In this document: positions 1-9,193 of the stretch, one piece after another
Layout of the letters: the number at the start of each line of letters is the position of its first letter
How positions within the stretch are numbered: position 1 is the stretch's first letter
Origin: Pirellulales bacterium
GTDB taxonomy: Bacteria; Planctomycetota; Planctomycetia; Pirellulales; JAICIG01
Reading direction: 5' to 3'
DNA: 64,000 bases
Assembly (NCBI GenBank): GCA_040901675.1
Contig: JBBDYJ010000030.1
Span: forward strand, 14,324 to 78,323
Translations under genes and position numbers: made by a program
Notes under the pieces: model-generated
Told to the model about the DNA's origin: nothing
The model's database searches: none
The model's input: the letters and a program-made list of their open reading frames with translations, nothing else

Positions 1-90
1 GGCCGGCTGGTTTCAGCCAGCGTCGACCAGACCGTCCGGCTCTGGCGGAGCGGGCCAAGGGGCGCGAGCCGCGCACGCACAGCCAGATAG
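1..90 (+). CDS. 3' end of a WD40-repeat protein (cut by window edge)
   Basis: Frame 1 reads GRLVSASVDQTVRLW...*, a typical WD40 repeat end; TAG at 88-90. Confidence 0.7.
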   Translation, partial: GRLVSASVDQTVRLWRSGPRGASRARTAR

Positions 91-97
91 CCGGCGG

Positions 98-379
98 TTG
101 CCTTTGCTTTTCTGTTCGGCGGTCGCTACGCTCTTGGGCTGGCTGGTCATGCTCCGGACGGCAGTCGAGTCCCTACTGGCGCCGCCCGGGCCGACTGCAC
201 GGTCCAGTGGGGGGTCCATACTCGCCGCCTGTATGACATCGCTTCAGCGTCTGCTGGTTGCCCTGACGGTCTACGTGGTTCCAATACTTTTCTTGTGTTT
301 CCTGGATTGGCTCGGAGGACGGCTGGTCGGCGGTTGGAAAATGCCGGGCGAGCCCCCGCCCGAAGGCCGCACCAGGTAG
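98..379 (+). CDS. small hypothetical membrane protein
   Basis: Two hydrophobic segments; TTG start uncertain. Confidence 0.35.
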   Translation: MPLLFCSAVATLLGWLVMLRTAVESLLAPPGPTARSSGGSILAACMTSLQRLLVALTVYVVPILFLCFLDWLGGRLVGGWKMPGEPPPEGRTR

Positions 380-439
380 CCCGTTGGCTGCGAGGTCGCC
401 GCGCATTATCCCGACCTATCGCCGTGCCACGAGTATTTT

Positions 440-910
440 TTGGTTGAAGGCCGGTTGAGGGCGGTAGGATGGTTGGAGCCTGGCCAGCCTTACGCCCGCG
501 GCGCAGCGGATCCTCCGTTCGTCCAACGTTTGGTTGAATTGCTTGCCAATCCTTGGCAGCCCTCGATCGCTGTCGGGACCCACCGTTGCGGCTTCTGCCG
601 GCTGACGGGCGGTCCCGCCCTGTTTCGACTTGCAGGAAAATCGGCTGGCGCGGGAATTGTGATGGGAACATCGAATCTTTTCGTGCCGGCGGAAGGGTTT
701 TTGTACGTAGCTCCGTCGCTCATCCTGCATTACATGGACGCTCATGATTATTCACCGCCCGTTGATTTTCAGCGGGCGGTCATGGCTTGCCCTGCTATGC
801 GCTCGATGGAGTATCTGAAAGCCGTCATCGAAAACCGGCCGCAGGGATTTGCCGTTGCCGCGGGCGCGGGCGAGCACCCGCCCGAAGGCCGGCCCTCGAA
901 GCCCGAATAA
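440..910 (+). CDS. conserved hypothetical protein (HxCxxC; YVAPSLILHY...YSPP motif)
   Basis: Recognisable motifs AVGWL, THRCGFC, APSLILHYMDAHDYSPP; open frame extends upstream to ~401. Confidence 0.7.
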   Translation: MVEGRLRAVGWLEPGQPYARGAADPPFVQRLVELLANPWQPSIAVGTHRCGFCRLTGGPALFRLAGKSAGAGIVMGTSNLFVPAEGFLYVAPSLILHYMDAHDYSPPVDFQRAVMACPAMRSMEYLKAVIENRPQGFAVAAGAGEHPPEGRPSKPE

Positions 911-987
911 GTGCTCCGCGGCGGTTGTATACTAGCAACGGCCGGCATTGATGCCGGCCCGGCCCGCAAGACCAGCGGAAACCCGCC

Positions 988-2343
988 ATGCGAAGCGCCG
1001 ACTCCAAAGGTTGCCGCGGACGCCGGCTGAGATTCAGCTTGCGAGGCCTTCTGCTTCTTCTGACCGTGTTCTGCATCTGGCTGGGTATGCAGGTGGAACG
1101 GGCCAGAAAGCAAGCTCGCGCGATCGAGCAGATCGAGGCGTTCGGGGGAGGGGTTCTTTTCAATTATGATTCTTACAATCCTCACGGGCAACCGGGAGTG
1201 TCGCCCGGGCAGCCTTCAGCGCCGGCTTGGCTGCGGCGGGCGGTCGGCGAGGAGTACTTTCGCCGCGTTGAATCGGTCTGGCTGGCAGCCCATCGTGGGC
1301 AGCCCCTTCGTGCCCGACGCCTGTTAACGGACCACGACCTGGCGGTCTTCAACGACCTTCCCCACGTCCGCGTTCTCGACCTCCGGAACACCCCCGGCAT
1401 CAGCGATGATGGGTTGGCGCATCTCGCCGGTCTCAGCAAACTGGAATCGCTCTCATTGGATCGAACCGCTGTCGCGGGTCATGGACTGCGGCATCTGCGG
1501 CGACTGCCAAATCTTCAGCATCTCGGCCTGGCTGCCACACCGTTGACCGACGCCGGCTTGGCCGAACTTCGATGCCATAAGCGTCTCCAATCGCTCGATC
1601 TGACGGCGACCAGGATTACCGACAAGGGATTGTCGATACTGCCCCGGCTTATTTCGCTGCAAAGGCTTCAATTGGCTCAGACCGGCATAACGGATGCCGG
1701 CCTGGAACACCTCTGGCGGCTGACGGGCCTCAAGCAACTCTCGATTCGAGCCACGAATGGAACCGCTCACGGCGTTGCGGCCCTTCGATACGCTCTTCCC
1801 GGCTGCTCCATTGATGCCTCTTACTACACCTTGTATGCCGAGGCGCGCGACGCCGTCCCCTGGCCTGACGATTACCGGCCCACGCACCAGCAACTCGCCG
1901 CCAAGGTCCTGGAGCTGGAGGCGGGGATGTCGCTCGACAACGACCGGCCTCAGCAGCCTGTCGTGGCATTCCGGCTTTCCTACAGCGATGTGTCGGACGA
2001 AAGCTTGCTGCGGCTGCTCTTGGAAATGCCGCGCCTCAAGGAGTTGAACCTGCGGACGGTCCTGGTCGGCGATCGCCTTGCGGGAGGGCTACGCCAGTTG
2101 GCCGAGCTGTCGTCGCTGGCGCTCGTCGACAGCCGCATTTCCGATACAGGTCTGCGGCATCTGGCCAGGCTGGCAAACCTGCGCGAGTTGTCGTTGCGCG
2201 ATTCACGGGTCACCGACGCCGGGCTGCTGCACCTGGCCGCGCTGCGGAAACTGGAAGCGCTGGACGTTCGTGAAACGCACGTGACCGATCATGGACTTTT
2301 CAGCCTGCAGCAAGCCCTGCCGGCCTGCCGGATCGTGTACTAG
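988..2343 (+). CDS. leucine-rich repeat protein with N-terminal RFSLR membrane anchor
   Basis: Many LxxLxLxxTxxTDxGLxxL repeats in two blocks. Confidence 0.9.
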   Translation: MRSADSKGCRGRRLRFSLRGLLLLLTVFCIWLGMQVERARKQARAIEQIEAFGGGVLFNYDSYNPHGQPGVSPGQPSAPAWLRRAVGEEYFRRVESVWLAAHRGQPLRARRLLTDHDLAVFNDLPHVRVLDLRNTPGISDDGLAHLAGLSKLESLSLDRTAVAGHGLRHLRRLPNLQHLGLAATPLTDAGLAELRCHKRLQSLDLTATRITDKGLSILPRLISLQRLQLAQTGITDAGLEHLWRLTGLKQLSIRATNGTAHGVAALRYALPGCSIDASYYTLYAEARDAVPWPDDYRPTHQQLAAKVLELEAGMSLDNDRPQQPVVAFRLSYSDVSDESLLRLLLEMPRLKELNLRTVLVGDRLAGGLRQLAELSSLALVDSRISDTGLRHLARLANLRELSLRDSRVTDAGLLHLAALRKLEALDVRETHVTDHGLFSLQQALPACRIVY

Positions 2344-2858
2344 GACCATCCGACGGCCGAGGCCAGAATGGCAAGCGCAACGAATAAAAAGGGGCCGAAG
2401 ACAAACGCCAGCAGGATGGCGTAGCCCGCCCTGTTGCCGTGGGCGGCCAGCATACTGCCGGTGAACAGAGTCACAATCAGTGCCAGAATGACCAGGAACG
2501 CGATGGCGACGGGCAGCGTGACGACCACGGCGGCCGACATGAACACGCCGGTGGCGGTCGTCACCAACAGCATCGTCCGCAAACTGAACTGAAGGTACGG
2601 CCGGGTTGCCTGGAGGCGGCCGCCCGCGCCCTGTCCGCGCAAGAATTGGATCAGTGCGTCTCGCTCGGGCGGCCCCTGCCGCAGCCGGCGCCATGTGGCC
2701 CAGGCATCCAGCCGCAGCAGCAGCAGGTGCACGGCCAATGCGACCATCACCAGGCCGCACGGCGGAAACAGGATGAACAGCCAGCAGGCGCAAGCCACCC
2801 AAGCCGCGGCCAACAACATTCCGCGGACGGTGAACTGCGATGGGGGAGCTTGTGTCAT
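2340..2858 (-). CDS. membrane protein with two F(S/T)(L/V)R motifs
   Basis: QFTVRGMLL and QFSLRTMLL each precede hydrophobic helices; ATG overlaps upstream TGA. Confidence 0.7.
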   Translation of the reverse strand: MTQAPPSQFTVRGMLLAAAWVACACWLFILFPPCGLVMVALAVHLLLLRLDAWATWRRLRQGPPERDALIQFLRGQGAGGRLQATRPYLQFSLRTMLLVTTATGVFMSAAVVVTLPVAIAFLVILALIVTLFTGSMLAAHGNRAGYAILLAFVFGPFLFVALAILASAVGWS

Positions 2859-3007
2859 ATGCACTCGCGTGGATGCGGGCCGTAAGCGATAATGTCGCCC
2901 AGGCAGCCGACGTGGTCGATTCGCTGCTCGCGAATATCCGCCAGCACCGCCTCGAGCGCCGCGAGGTTGCCGTGGATGTCGCTGATGATGGCTCGCTTCA
3001 CGCCCAT
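2855..3007 (-). pseudogene. truncated calcineurin-like metallophosphoesterase (N-terminal 50 aa)
   Basis: [50 protein letters not shown]: DxH and GD motifs present, then stop. Confidence 0.85.
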
Positions 3008-3026
3008 GGGTTGAACCGGCGCTAGG

Positions 3027-3305
3027 CTAAGGAAGCATCAGGGCCAGCATCAGGGCGAATAACCCCAGGAGGATTAACAGCCCCAAGAAAAGTACAAGCC
3101 CCGCCAGTGCGCCAAGCTCGATGCGGTGGAACAGCCCGCCCACCACCGCTCCGGCGGTCACGAACAAGAGCGTTCCCAGGATCGGGGCCAGCACGATTCC
3201 CAACTCGCTGTCGCCCGTGCGCCCCGCCCAGGTGAGCAGTGCCAGGAATGTACAGATCAAGGCCACCTCCACGAGAAGATGGCGCAGGTCGAATCGAAAC
3301 TTCAC
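3027..3305 (-). CDS. small membrane protein (RFDLR motif)
   Basis: Three hydrophobic segments. Confidence 0.65.
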   Translation of the reverse strand: MKFRFDLRHLLVEVALICTFLALLTWAGRTGDSELGIVLAPILGTLLFVTAGAVVGGLFHRIELGALAGLVLFLGLLILLGLFALMLALMLP

Positions 3306-3366
3306 CGCTCGAACCTTCCTGTCATGGACAAATCAAAGACGAGTTGCCAAAAGAAAACAGAAAAGA

Positions 3367-3492
3367 GATTGCCACAAAAAACACGAAAAGCCACGAAGAG
3401 AAGAAGGTAAAAGAATCGCCGGCGCAAGCACTATCCCCGTCCTGCCCTCCCTTGTCCCATTTTTGTGCCTTTTTGTGTTTTTTGTGGCAATC
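3367..3492. repeat. intergenic inverted repeat (18-bp perfect arms, degenerate extension)
   Basis: GATTGCCACAAAAAACAC 3367-3384 / GTGTTTTTTGTGGCAATC 3475-3492. Confidence 0.85.
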
Positions 3493-3507
3493 CTCCTCCT
3501 GGTTGCT

Positions 3508-4017
3508 CTAGACCATCTTGCCCTTCCGCCTCCTGGCGTCAAACACGCTCGCCAGCCCACCGCCGATGCAGCCCAGCAGGATCGCCCAGAGCGAGTGGCC
3601 GATCTGCTGGAAATTTGAATTCGGGACAACGCCGAGCGGCCGAAAAGTTCTGCGGAGCTGATCCTGCATCATGACGACTCGCATGTCGGGCGAGTCGGCG
3701 ACCGGTTGCTTCGGGTCCTTCAGCATCGGCTCGAGCTGGTTGAGGGCCGCGGTGGTCAGAAGGTCGCCCTTCATGTTCTCCAGCCAGGGCTGCTGGCTCA
3801 ACAGCAGGTATCCCCAGCCGCAGATGGCAAACCCCCCTGCAAAGGCCCTCGACTTGTCCGGCAGATAAAAGGCGCCCACGCCGGCGGCCAGCAGGGCGGC
3901 AAGCGTGGCAGTCACGACGATTCTTGCCCAAACGGGCGTGGCGTACACCAGCGCGGCACAGCCAAGGGCCACCAACCCAACGGCAACCAGCAGGCTGAGA
4001 AGAGAGAAGCGGAACAT
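3508..4017 (-). CDS. membrane protein (MFRFSL motif)
   Basis: About four hydrophobic helices; ATG at 4017. Confidence 0.75.
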   Translation of the reverse strand: MFRFSLLSLLVAVGLVALGCAALVYATPVWARIVVTATLAALLAAGVGAFYLPDKSRAFAGGFAICGWGYLLLSQQPWLENMKGDLLTTAALNQLEPMLKDPKQPVADSPDMRVVMMQDQLRRTFRPLGVVPNSNFQQIGHSLWAILLGCIGGGLASVFDARRRKGKMV

Positions 4018-4124
4018 GGCGGCACTCCCTAGAAAACGGGGCCGGGACAGGACTTCCCGATTATCGGAGGGCCCGAAAGGGGCGGTCAAGCCGCACGCTC
4101 TCACGCTGCCGCCCCGGCGAACCG

Positions 4125-5048
4125 TTACCCGGTAAGCTGCGCGGTGCGATCCCAGATCAGCCGCTTGTATTCGGCCTTCTGGTCGGCCGGGAGAAAGCTG
4201 CGGTCAACAAGCGCAGAGGCTTCGGCCAGGACGGAGGCCTGCTTTTTCAGCACCCGCAGCGCTGTTTTCTCCGGCAACCCGCAATAAGCGGCGAATCGGA
4301 GCCAGCAATCGCGATCCAGATTGTCTCTCTTGCCCGTGACCGGCAACGCGAGCGGGTCATCGGGAATAACCAGCCGCGTGCAGACCAGGTCGTAAGCCGG
4401 CGTGAGCCGCACTATCCCCTGCGGGTCGCCAAGCAGCGAGAAGTTCTTGAGGTGCATGTCGCCGTTGCCCGACCACCAGCAGTAGACGAGCAACCGGTAC
4501 AGCTTCAGGATTTCGATCAGCGGCTCGCTGGCGTAGCGTCGCAGCAATCGGCCGAGCATTTCCGCCGAAGCGTCGTACTTGTCCTTCGGCGACTTCTCGG
4601 CGAGCTGGCAGAAATCCTCCTGCCGGACCTTGCGGCCATCGGGCAGCCGGTCGAAGCGGCGGACGACATAGGCCAGCGAGTCATCCTTAAGCGACACCAG
4701 GCCGTACTTGCCGACTTCGATGCCCGACAGTTGCGCCAGCCGCGTGCTCAGATGCTCGTTCTGCGGCAAGGCCGGGTAGGTCTCGGTCTGCGGCTTGAGA
4801 ATGTACCGCCCGCCCGACGCCGCGACCTGCAGCGTCTTGCGGTCGGCCGAGAGGTCGACCGATATCTTCTTCTGAATGCCGGACAGCGACGTATGCCCGA
4901 TCATCGCCAGGGCGGCCGTGTGCAGCTTGCCGACTTCAACGTCGAAGCGCGGCGCCTTGGACGTTCCGAACAGCGCGCGCAGGCAGCGCGGATGGTAGTC
5001 GTGGTCCCCCCGAACGTCTCCCAGGCAGATCCGGCAGATGCCGTTCAC
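4125..5048 (-). CDS. HipA C-terminal-domain kinase toxin (HipT-like)
   Basis: SLSGIQKK loop, GNGDMHLKNFS catalytic motif, LTPAYDL. Confidence 0.92.
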   Translation of the reverse strand: MNGICRICLGDVRGDHDYHPRCLRALFGTSKAPRFDVEVGKLHTAALAMIGHTSLSGIQKKISVDLSADRKTLQVAASGGRYILKPQTETYPALPQNEHLSTRLAQLSGIEVGKYGLVSLKDDSLAYVVRRFDRLPDGRKVRQEDFCQLAEKSPKDKYDASAEMLGRLLRRYASEPLIEILKLYRLLVYCWWSGNGDMHLKNFSLLGDPQGIVRLTPAYDLVCTRLVIPDDPLALPVTGKRDNLDRDCWLRFAAYCGLPEKTALRVLKKQASVLAEASALVDRSFLPADQKAEYKRLIWDRTAQLTG

Positions 5049-5383
5049 GAAACCTCCTGCCCTGCCGCCGGGATGATTTCCACCGCGCCGACGCAGTCGG
5101 CGCAGGTGGCCACAAGCAGGCCAAACGCATCGTCTTTGGAGATTTTGAGCTTTTTCGTGGCCAGCTCCAGCAGCCAGCCTTCCGGCAAGAGATTCTCGAA
5201 GAAGGGATGCAGACCATCGGTCACGTACGGCTCCTCACGCAGCGGCAGCGTCAACGACACGGGCACCGCCTGGGGATTGGCAAGCCAGTGGGGGTCGTAA
5301 CGGAACGTGACTTGCTTTCCGGCTTCCGTCAACAGGCCGGCGGGTTGGCCGTCGAGCCGGACAATTGCCGTGCGCGGCTTCAT
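5045..5383 (-). CDS. HipA N-terminal-domain protein (HipS-like)
   Basis: PVSLTLPL...LHPFFENLLPEGW...DCVGAV; 4-nt overlaps with both neighbours. Confidence 0.9.
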   Translation of the reverse strand: MKPRTAIVRLDGQPAGLLTEAGKQVTFRYDPHWLANPQAVPVSLTLPLREEPYVTDGLHPFFENLLPEGWLLELATKKLKISKDDAFGLLVATCADCVGAVEIIPAAGQEVS

Positions 5384-5634
5384 GGTGCATCGTCCTTCAT
5401 CTCAGGCTCGACAATGCCCAGCGTCTTGCCGAAGACGGCGAGCACCTTGTTGACCGCGTTTAAGCGCACCGATGGCTTACCCCGCTCCAACTCAGAGACA
5501 AAACGCGGTCCGACCCCAGCCAGTTCTCCCAGCTCCTTCTGGGAGAGCTTGCTCGCCTTTCGTCGGCCGCGAACAAACTCGCCAATCCCCGGTCCAACTT
5601 CCTGGGCCACAAACGCCTCGCTTTTGATTTTCAC
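5380..5634 (-). CDS. XRE-family HTH regulator (HipB-like)
   Basis: LSQKELGELAGVGPRFVSELERGK. Confidence 0.9.
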   Translation of the reverse strand: MKIKSEAFVAQEVGPGIGEFVRGRRKASKLSQKELGELAGVGPRFVSELERGKPSVRLNAVNKVLAVFGKTLGIVEPEMKDDAP

Positions 5635-5638
5635 ACTA

Positions 5639-5798
5639 TTCCCGAACGGGACAATTACCGTTGATCTTAAGAAATTTTACGCCATCGAAGCGGCTAATCA
5701 ACAATAATAATCCCGATCGGGAACAAATTCATTAAAGAGCCTGTGGGGGTGGGCGGAATTCGCCCTACCACACAGCACATGTATTCCCGATCGGGAAT
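5639..5798. promoter_or_regulatory. three palindromic operator-like sites TCCCGA(T/A)CGGGA upstream of the hip operon
   Basis: 5639-5652, 5710-5723 and 5783-5798, in an AT-rich promoter region. Confidence 0.75.
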
Positions 5799-6037
5799 GA
5801 CAGACAGCCGAATCCAGAGCGGCAAGCCCTCTCATCAGCCATGTTCCACAAACCCCGAGCCATGAGCTAGATCGGCGACCGCACTGGGTCCGTTAGCCCC
5901 CTCGCCTCTTCGCCTCATCGTTCTTTCATTGTCCCCGCACGCCTGCGTCCTTTTTCTGCGGCTCGCGTCTGGATGGATGAGAGGCTGAAGGCTGCTTGGA
6001 ACCAGCCGAGCCATACCCCTATGCAGGAGAGAAAGTC

Positions 6038-6622
6038 ATGAGCCAGGAATCAGCAGTGCAATTCGAGACAGCCAGCCGCATCCACGTGGGGCTGGCTGTG
6101 AGGGACTTGGAGCCGTCGGTCGCCTTTTACCGGACGCTGTTCGGCCGGCAGCCGACGAAGACGCGGCCGCACTACGCCAAATTCGAGGTGGCCCAGCCGC
6201 CGGTGAACCTGGCGCTGAACGAGGTCGGCGGCCAGACCGGCCCGAACAACCCGGTCGCTCATTTCGGCATCCAGGTCAAGTCGACGGAGGCCGTGAAGCA
6301 GGTCGCCGAACGGCTGCAAAAGGCTGGGGCCGCGATCGAGGTCGAAGAAAACGTGACCTGCTGCTATGCTGTGCAGAACAAGATCTGGGCCGCCGACCCT
6401 GACGGCAACAAGTGGGAAGTTTATGTCGTGCTGGACAACGAGGGATCACAGCACCATTCGTCGCAAACGGCGTGCTGCCCGCAAATGGGCGACATCCGGG
6501 AGGCCGTCCAGCGGGAAGATTGGTCGGCCCTGAGGTCGGCATTCGAGACGGCAGGCCCAATGCCGGCTCAAAAGCCTGACCTGGCGTCGGCCTGCTCGTG
6601 CTCGGCGGCAAGCTTGACCTGA
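6038..6622 (+). CDS. ArsI/CadI-family VOC (glyoxalase-like) heavy-metal resistance protein with Cys-rich tail
   Basis: RIHVGL, YAKF, HFGIQV, TCCYAVQNKIW, DPDGNKWEVY; AGGAGA RBS. Confidence 0.88.
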   Translation: MSQESAVQFETASRIHVGLAVRDLEPSVAFYRTLFGRQPTKTRPHYAKFEVAQPPVNLALNEVGGQTGPNNPVAHFGIQVKSTEAVKQVAERLQKAGAAIEVEENVTCCYAVQNKIWAADPDGNKWEVYVVLDNEGSQHHSSQTACCPQMGDIREAVQREDWSALRSAFETAGPMPAQKPDLASACSCSAASLT

Positions 6623-6633
6623 AAGGACTTTGA

Positions 6634-7236
6634 ATGACGGCGGGGCCTTCCACCGAATCGGTCTGGTTGCAACTCAGCGGCGACCTGCGGCGGTTCATCC
6701 GCCGCAGGGTCGCCGACGATCACCTGGCCGACGATCTGCTCCAGGAGACGTTCGTGCGGATCCACCGCAATATCGAGCGCCTCAACGAATCGGACCGCCT
6801 GGCGGCCTGGGTCTACCAGATCGCCCGCAACGTTGTCCATGACCACTATCGCAAGGCGGCGCCAAACACCGTGGCGCTCGCCGACTCCGACTCCGTTTCC
6901 GGCGATGAGGCCGCAAGCGGCCAGTTGCGCGGCCAGGCCGGCCAGTGGCTTGACGAGTTGATCCGTGAGCTGCCGGACAAGTACCGGCAGGCCGTGCAGT
7001 TGTGCGAGATCGAGGGTCGCACGCAGCAGCAGGTGGCCGAGCGGCTCGGCCTGTCGCTTTCGGGGGCGAAATCGCGGATTCAACGAGGCCGGGCAATGCT
7101 CAAGAGCGTGCTGGACCAGTGCTGCACGTTCGAGTTCGACCGGCGGGGCAACCTGCTGGGCGCCGAACCGAAGCCCGACCGCACGGTCTGCCTCGATTGC
7201 GACCAGGGAGACGACCCGGCGCGCCCTTGTCCTTGA
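6634..7236 (+). CDS. ECF sigma factor, SigZ-like
   Basis: ADDLLQETF, WVYQIARN, LSLSGAKSRIQRGR, CCTFEFDRRG tail. Confidence 0.88.
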   Translation: MTAGPSTESVWLQLSGDLRRFIRRRVADDHLADDLLQETFVRIHRNIERLNESDRLAAWVYQIARNVVHDHYRKAAPNTVALADSDSVSGDEAASGQLRGQAGQWLDELIRELPDKYRQAVQLCEIEGRTQQQVAERLGLSLSGAKSRIQRGRAMLKSVLDQCCTFEFDRRGNLLGAEPKPDRTVCLDCDQGDDPARPCP

Positions 7237-7649
7237 GGCGCCTCCCTGGGCAGCCTGCGTAAGCGAAGCCCTGGCACCATGTCTGAGCCGCGACGGCAGG
7301 CCGTGGAGCAGCAATCAAGTGGCTGGGCGTATCGCTTTCGATTGTGAGCACCAGAACAGGGTGAAGCCGCCCCGCGCGCTTTCTACGCAACTCGCGACAC
7401 CGTGCATCGATAATGAAGGTTGGTGCGGAGCGACGGCCACAAATCTGGGCCCGGGAGACCTCGCGCGTGTTGAGCGAAGCCCCGCGGCCCGCCCGATCCA
7501 GGGCAGCGGACACGAAGAACACTCGTCATGGACCCAAACGAGGTTCCATGCCGGACTCGTCGTTGCCGTAAAGAGATCGCTGAGCGGGGCCGGCGTGTTC
7601 TCTTTGACGCGTATTGATGACCCTAGCCATCTGGAAGGAGAGACAAGCC

Positions 7650-8234
7650 ATGATTCCAGGTCTAATCGTGGGCGAAGTGCGTGACCGCGTCACGGATCGA
7701 CCCGTTGACGCCGCGCTGGTGGGATTGAATCACGTTACCGGTGATCCCTCTCGAGGCTTAGGCCGTTTGGCGCTTCATGACGGAAATGGGCTTCAGTGCC
7801 CTAATCTCTACGCAGTGACGGATTCCGGCGGGCTGTTTACGCTCTATTTTTCCATTGACCCGCTCCATTTTGCGGATTTGACGGGAAGCATTGGACGCCC
7901 CGCTTTTCAATTGAATGTCCAGAGACCTGACGGTCCCTATAGTTATGCCGCGGCACACAGGCACACCGCGTCCTTGGTGCCTGTGATCAGTTTGCGCGCT
8001 ATCGCCGAGGGACGCTTGCCCACTTTAGACGAATTGGACTCCCTGGGAACGGGAGGAACGATCGCTAAACTGGCTCTGCAGATCGCCATCAAGATACGCA
8101 ATGCAGCAGGACGACAAGATGTAGGCTTGACTCGAATGCCTACTCTACGTTTTCCCAACATGTTCTTGAATCCTGGCAGGCCTTCTCCAGAGTACGTGGA
8201 AGTACTCGGTTCGGCCGAGATTTATATTAGATAG
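7650..8234 (+). CDS. hypothetical protein, possible carboxypeptidase-regulatory-like N-terminus
   Basis: AAGGAG RBS; GEVRDRVTDRPV...TDSGGLF pattern; visibly lower GC than neighbours. Confidence 0.6.
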   Translation: MIPGLIVGEVRDRVTDRPVDAALVGLNHVTGDPSRGLGRLALHDGNGLQCPNLYAVTDSGGLFTLYFSIDPLHFADLTGSIGRPAFQLNVQRPDGPYSYAAAHRHTASLVPVISLRAIAEGRLPTLDELDSLGTGGTIAKLALQIAIKIRNAAGRQDVGLTRMPTLRFPNMFLNPGRPSPEYVEVLGSAEIYIR

Positions 8235-8396
8235 TAATATACGGACCATGTCCCCGCATTTTTCCATGCCTGCTCTTCCCCCCGGGGTGCTTGCCGGCGT
8301 TCTTGGCAGGGCGGAGACCGAGGCAAGGAGGCTGTATGCCGTGATCAACTCGCTGTCGCGAATTGCAATCGCTTCATTGGTAGTCGTCTGATTGCG

Positions 8397-9134
8397 TCAG
8401 GCTCCTTTGCTGGCAAGCCGATAGCGGCGATCGGCCTCGTCCCAGTCGATATGCGTCATGAACTTCTCGACGTACTCGGCCTTGCGGTTCTGGTAATCGA
8501 TGTAGAAGGCGTGCTCGTACACGTCGATCACGACCAGCGGTACGGCCATCCACAAGATGCCCATGGAGTGCTCGTCGCTGACGACATTGTACAGCCTGCC
8601 GTTGACCGGATGCCGCACGAGCATCGCCCAGCCGGCCGCGTCCTTGGCGCTGGCTTGAAAATCGTCGGCCCAGGCGTCCAGCGAGCCGAAGCGGCCCGCG
8701 ATCGCGCGGCGGATGTCCTGGCCGGGCTCGGCCGCGCGGGGGGCCAGGCCGTCGAAATACATCTCGTGCAGCACGACGCTGTTGCCGCGGCTGTTGATCA
8801 ATCGCTTCAGCGTGGGGTAGGCGGCCGGGTCGATGGGGGTGGCTTCCTTGAACGATTGCTCGAGACGCCCGTCGGCGGCGGCATAGGCCTTGAGCGCGCC
8901 GCCGTAGTGGGCCATGTGGTGAGGCGCGATCTGCTCGGCGCTCAAGAAGCCCGGAATCGACTTGTGCTTGAGCGGCTTGAGCGATCCGGTGACCAGGCCG
9001 CTCTCGGCAAAGGCGTCGCCGGCAAAGGTGTTGCCGCCGGCTTCGTCCGCCGGCGCCAGCCCGGCTGCCAGCAAGTTGCCTGCCGCCGCTCCGGAAGAGG
9101 CGAACAAAAAGTTCCTCCGCGAGAATGGACTCAT
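8397..9134 (-). CDS. Fe/Mn superoxide dismutase family protein with Tat signal (ChrC-like)
   Basis: MSPFSRRNFL Tat motif; ligand motifs HHMAHY, VLHEMY, DVYEHAF. Confidence 0.88.
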   Translation of the reverse strand: MSPFSRRNFLFASSGAAAGNLLAAGLAPADEAGGNTFAGDAFAESGLVTGSLKPLKHKSIPGFLSAEQIAPHHMAHYGGALKAYAAADGRLEQSFKEATPIDPAAYPTLKRLINSRGNSVVLHEMYFDGLAPRAAEPGQDIRRAIAGRFGSLDAWADDFQASAKDAAGWAMLVRHPVNGRLYNVVSDEHSMGILWMAVPLVVIDVYEHAFYIDYQNRKAEYVEKFMTHIDWDEADRRYRLASKGA

Positions 9135-9193
9135 GGTCGTTCTCCAGTAATGAGGCCGGTAAGGAAAGTTGTCGATCGTCGCGCCGGTGCCGA

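Noticed and set aside
2855..2857. TGA ending the phosphoesterase fragment as selenocysteine
   Set aside because: Not a Cys position, and downstream in-frame sequence does not continue the family
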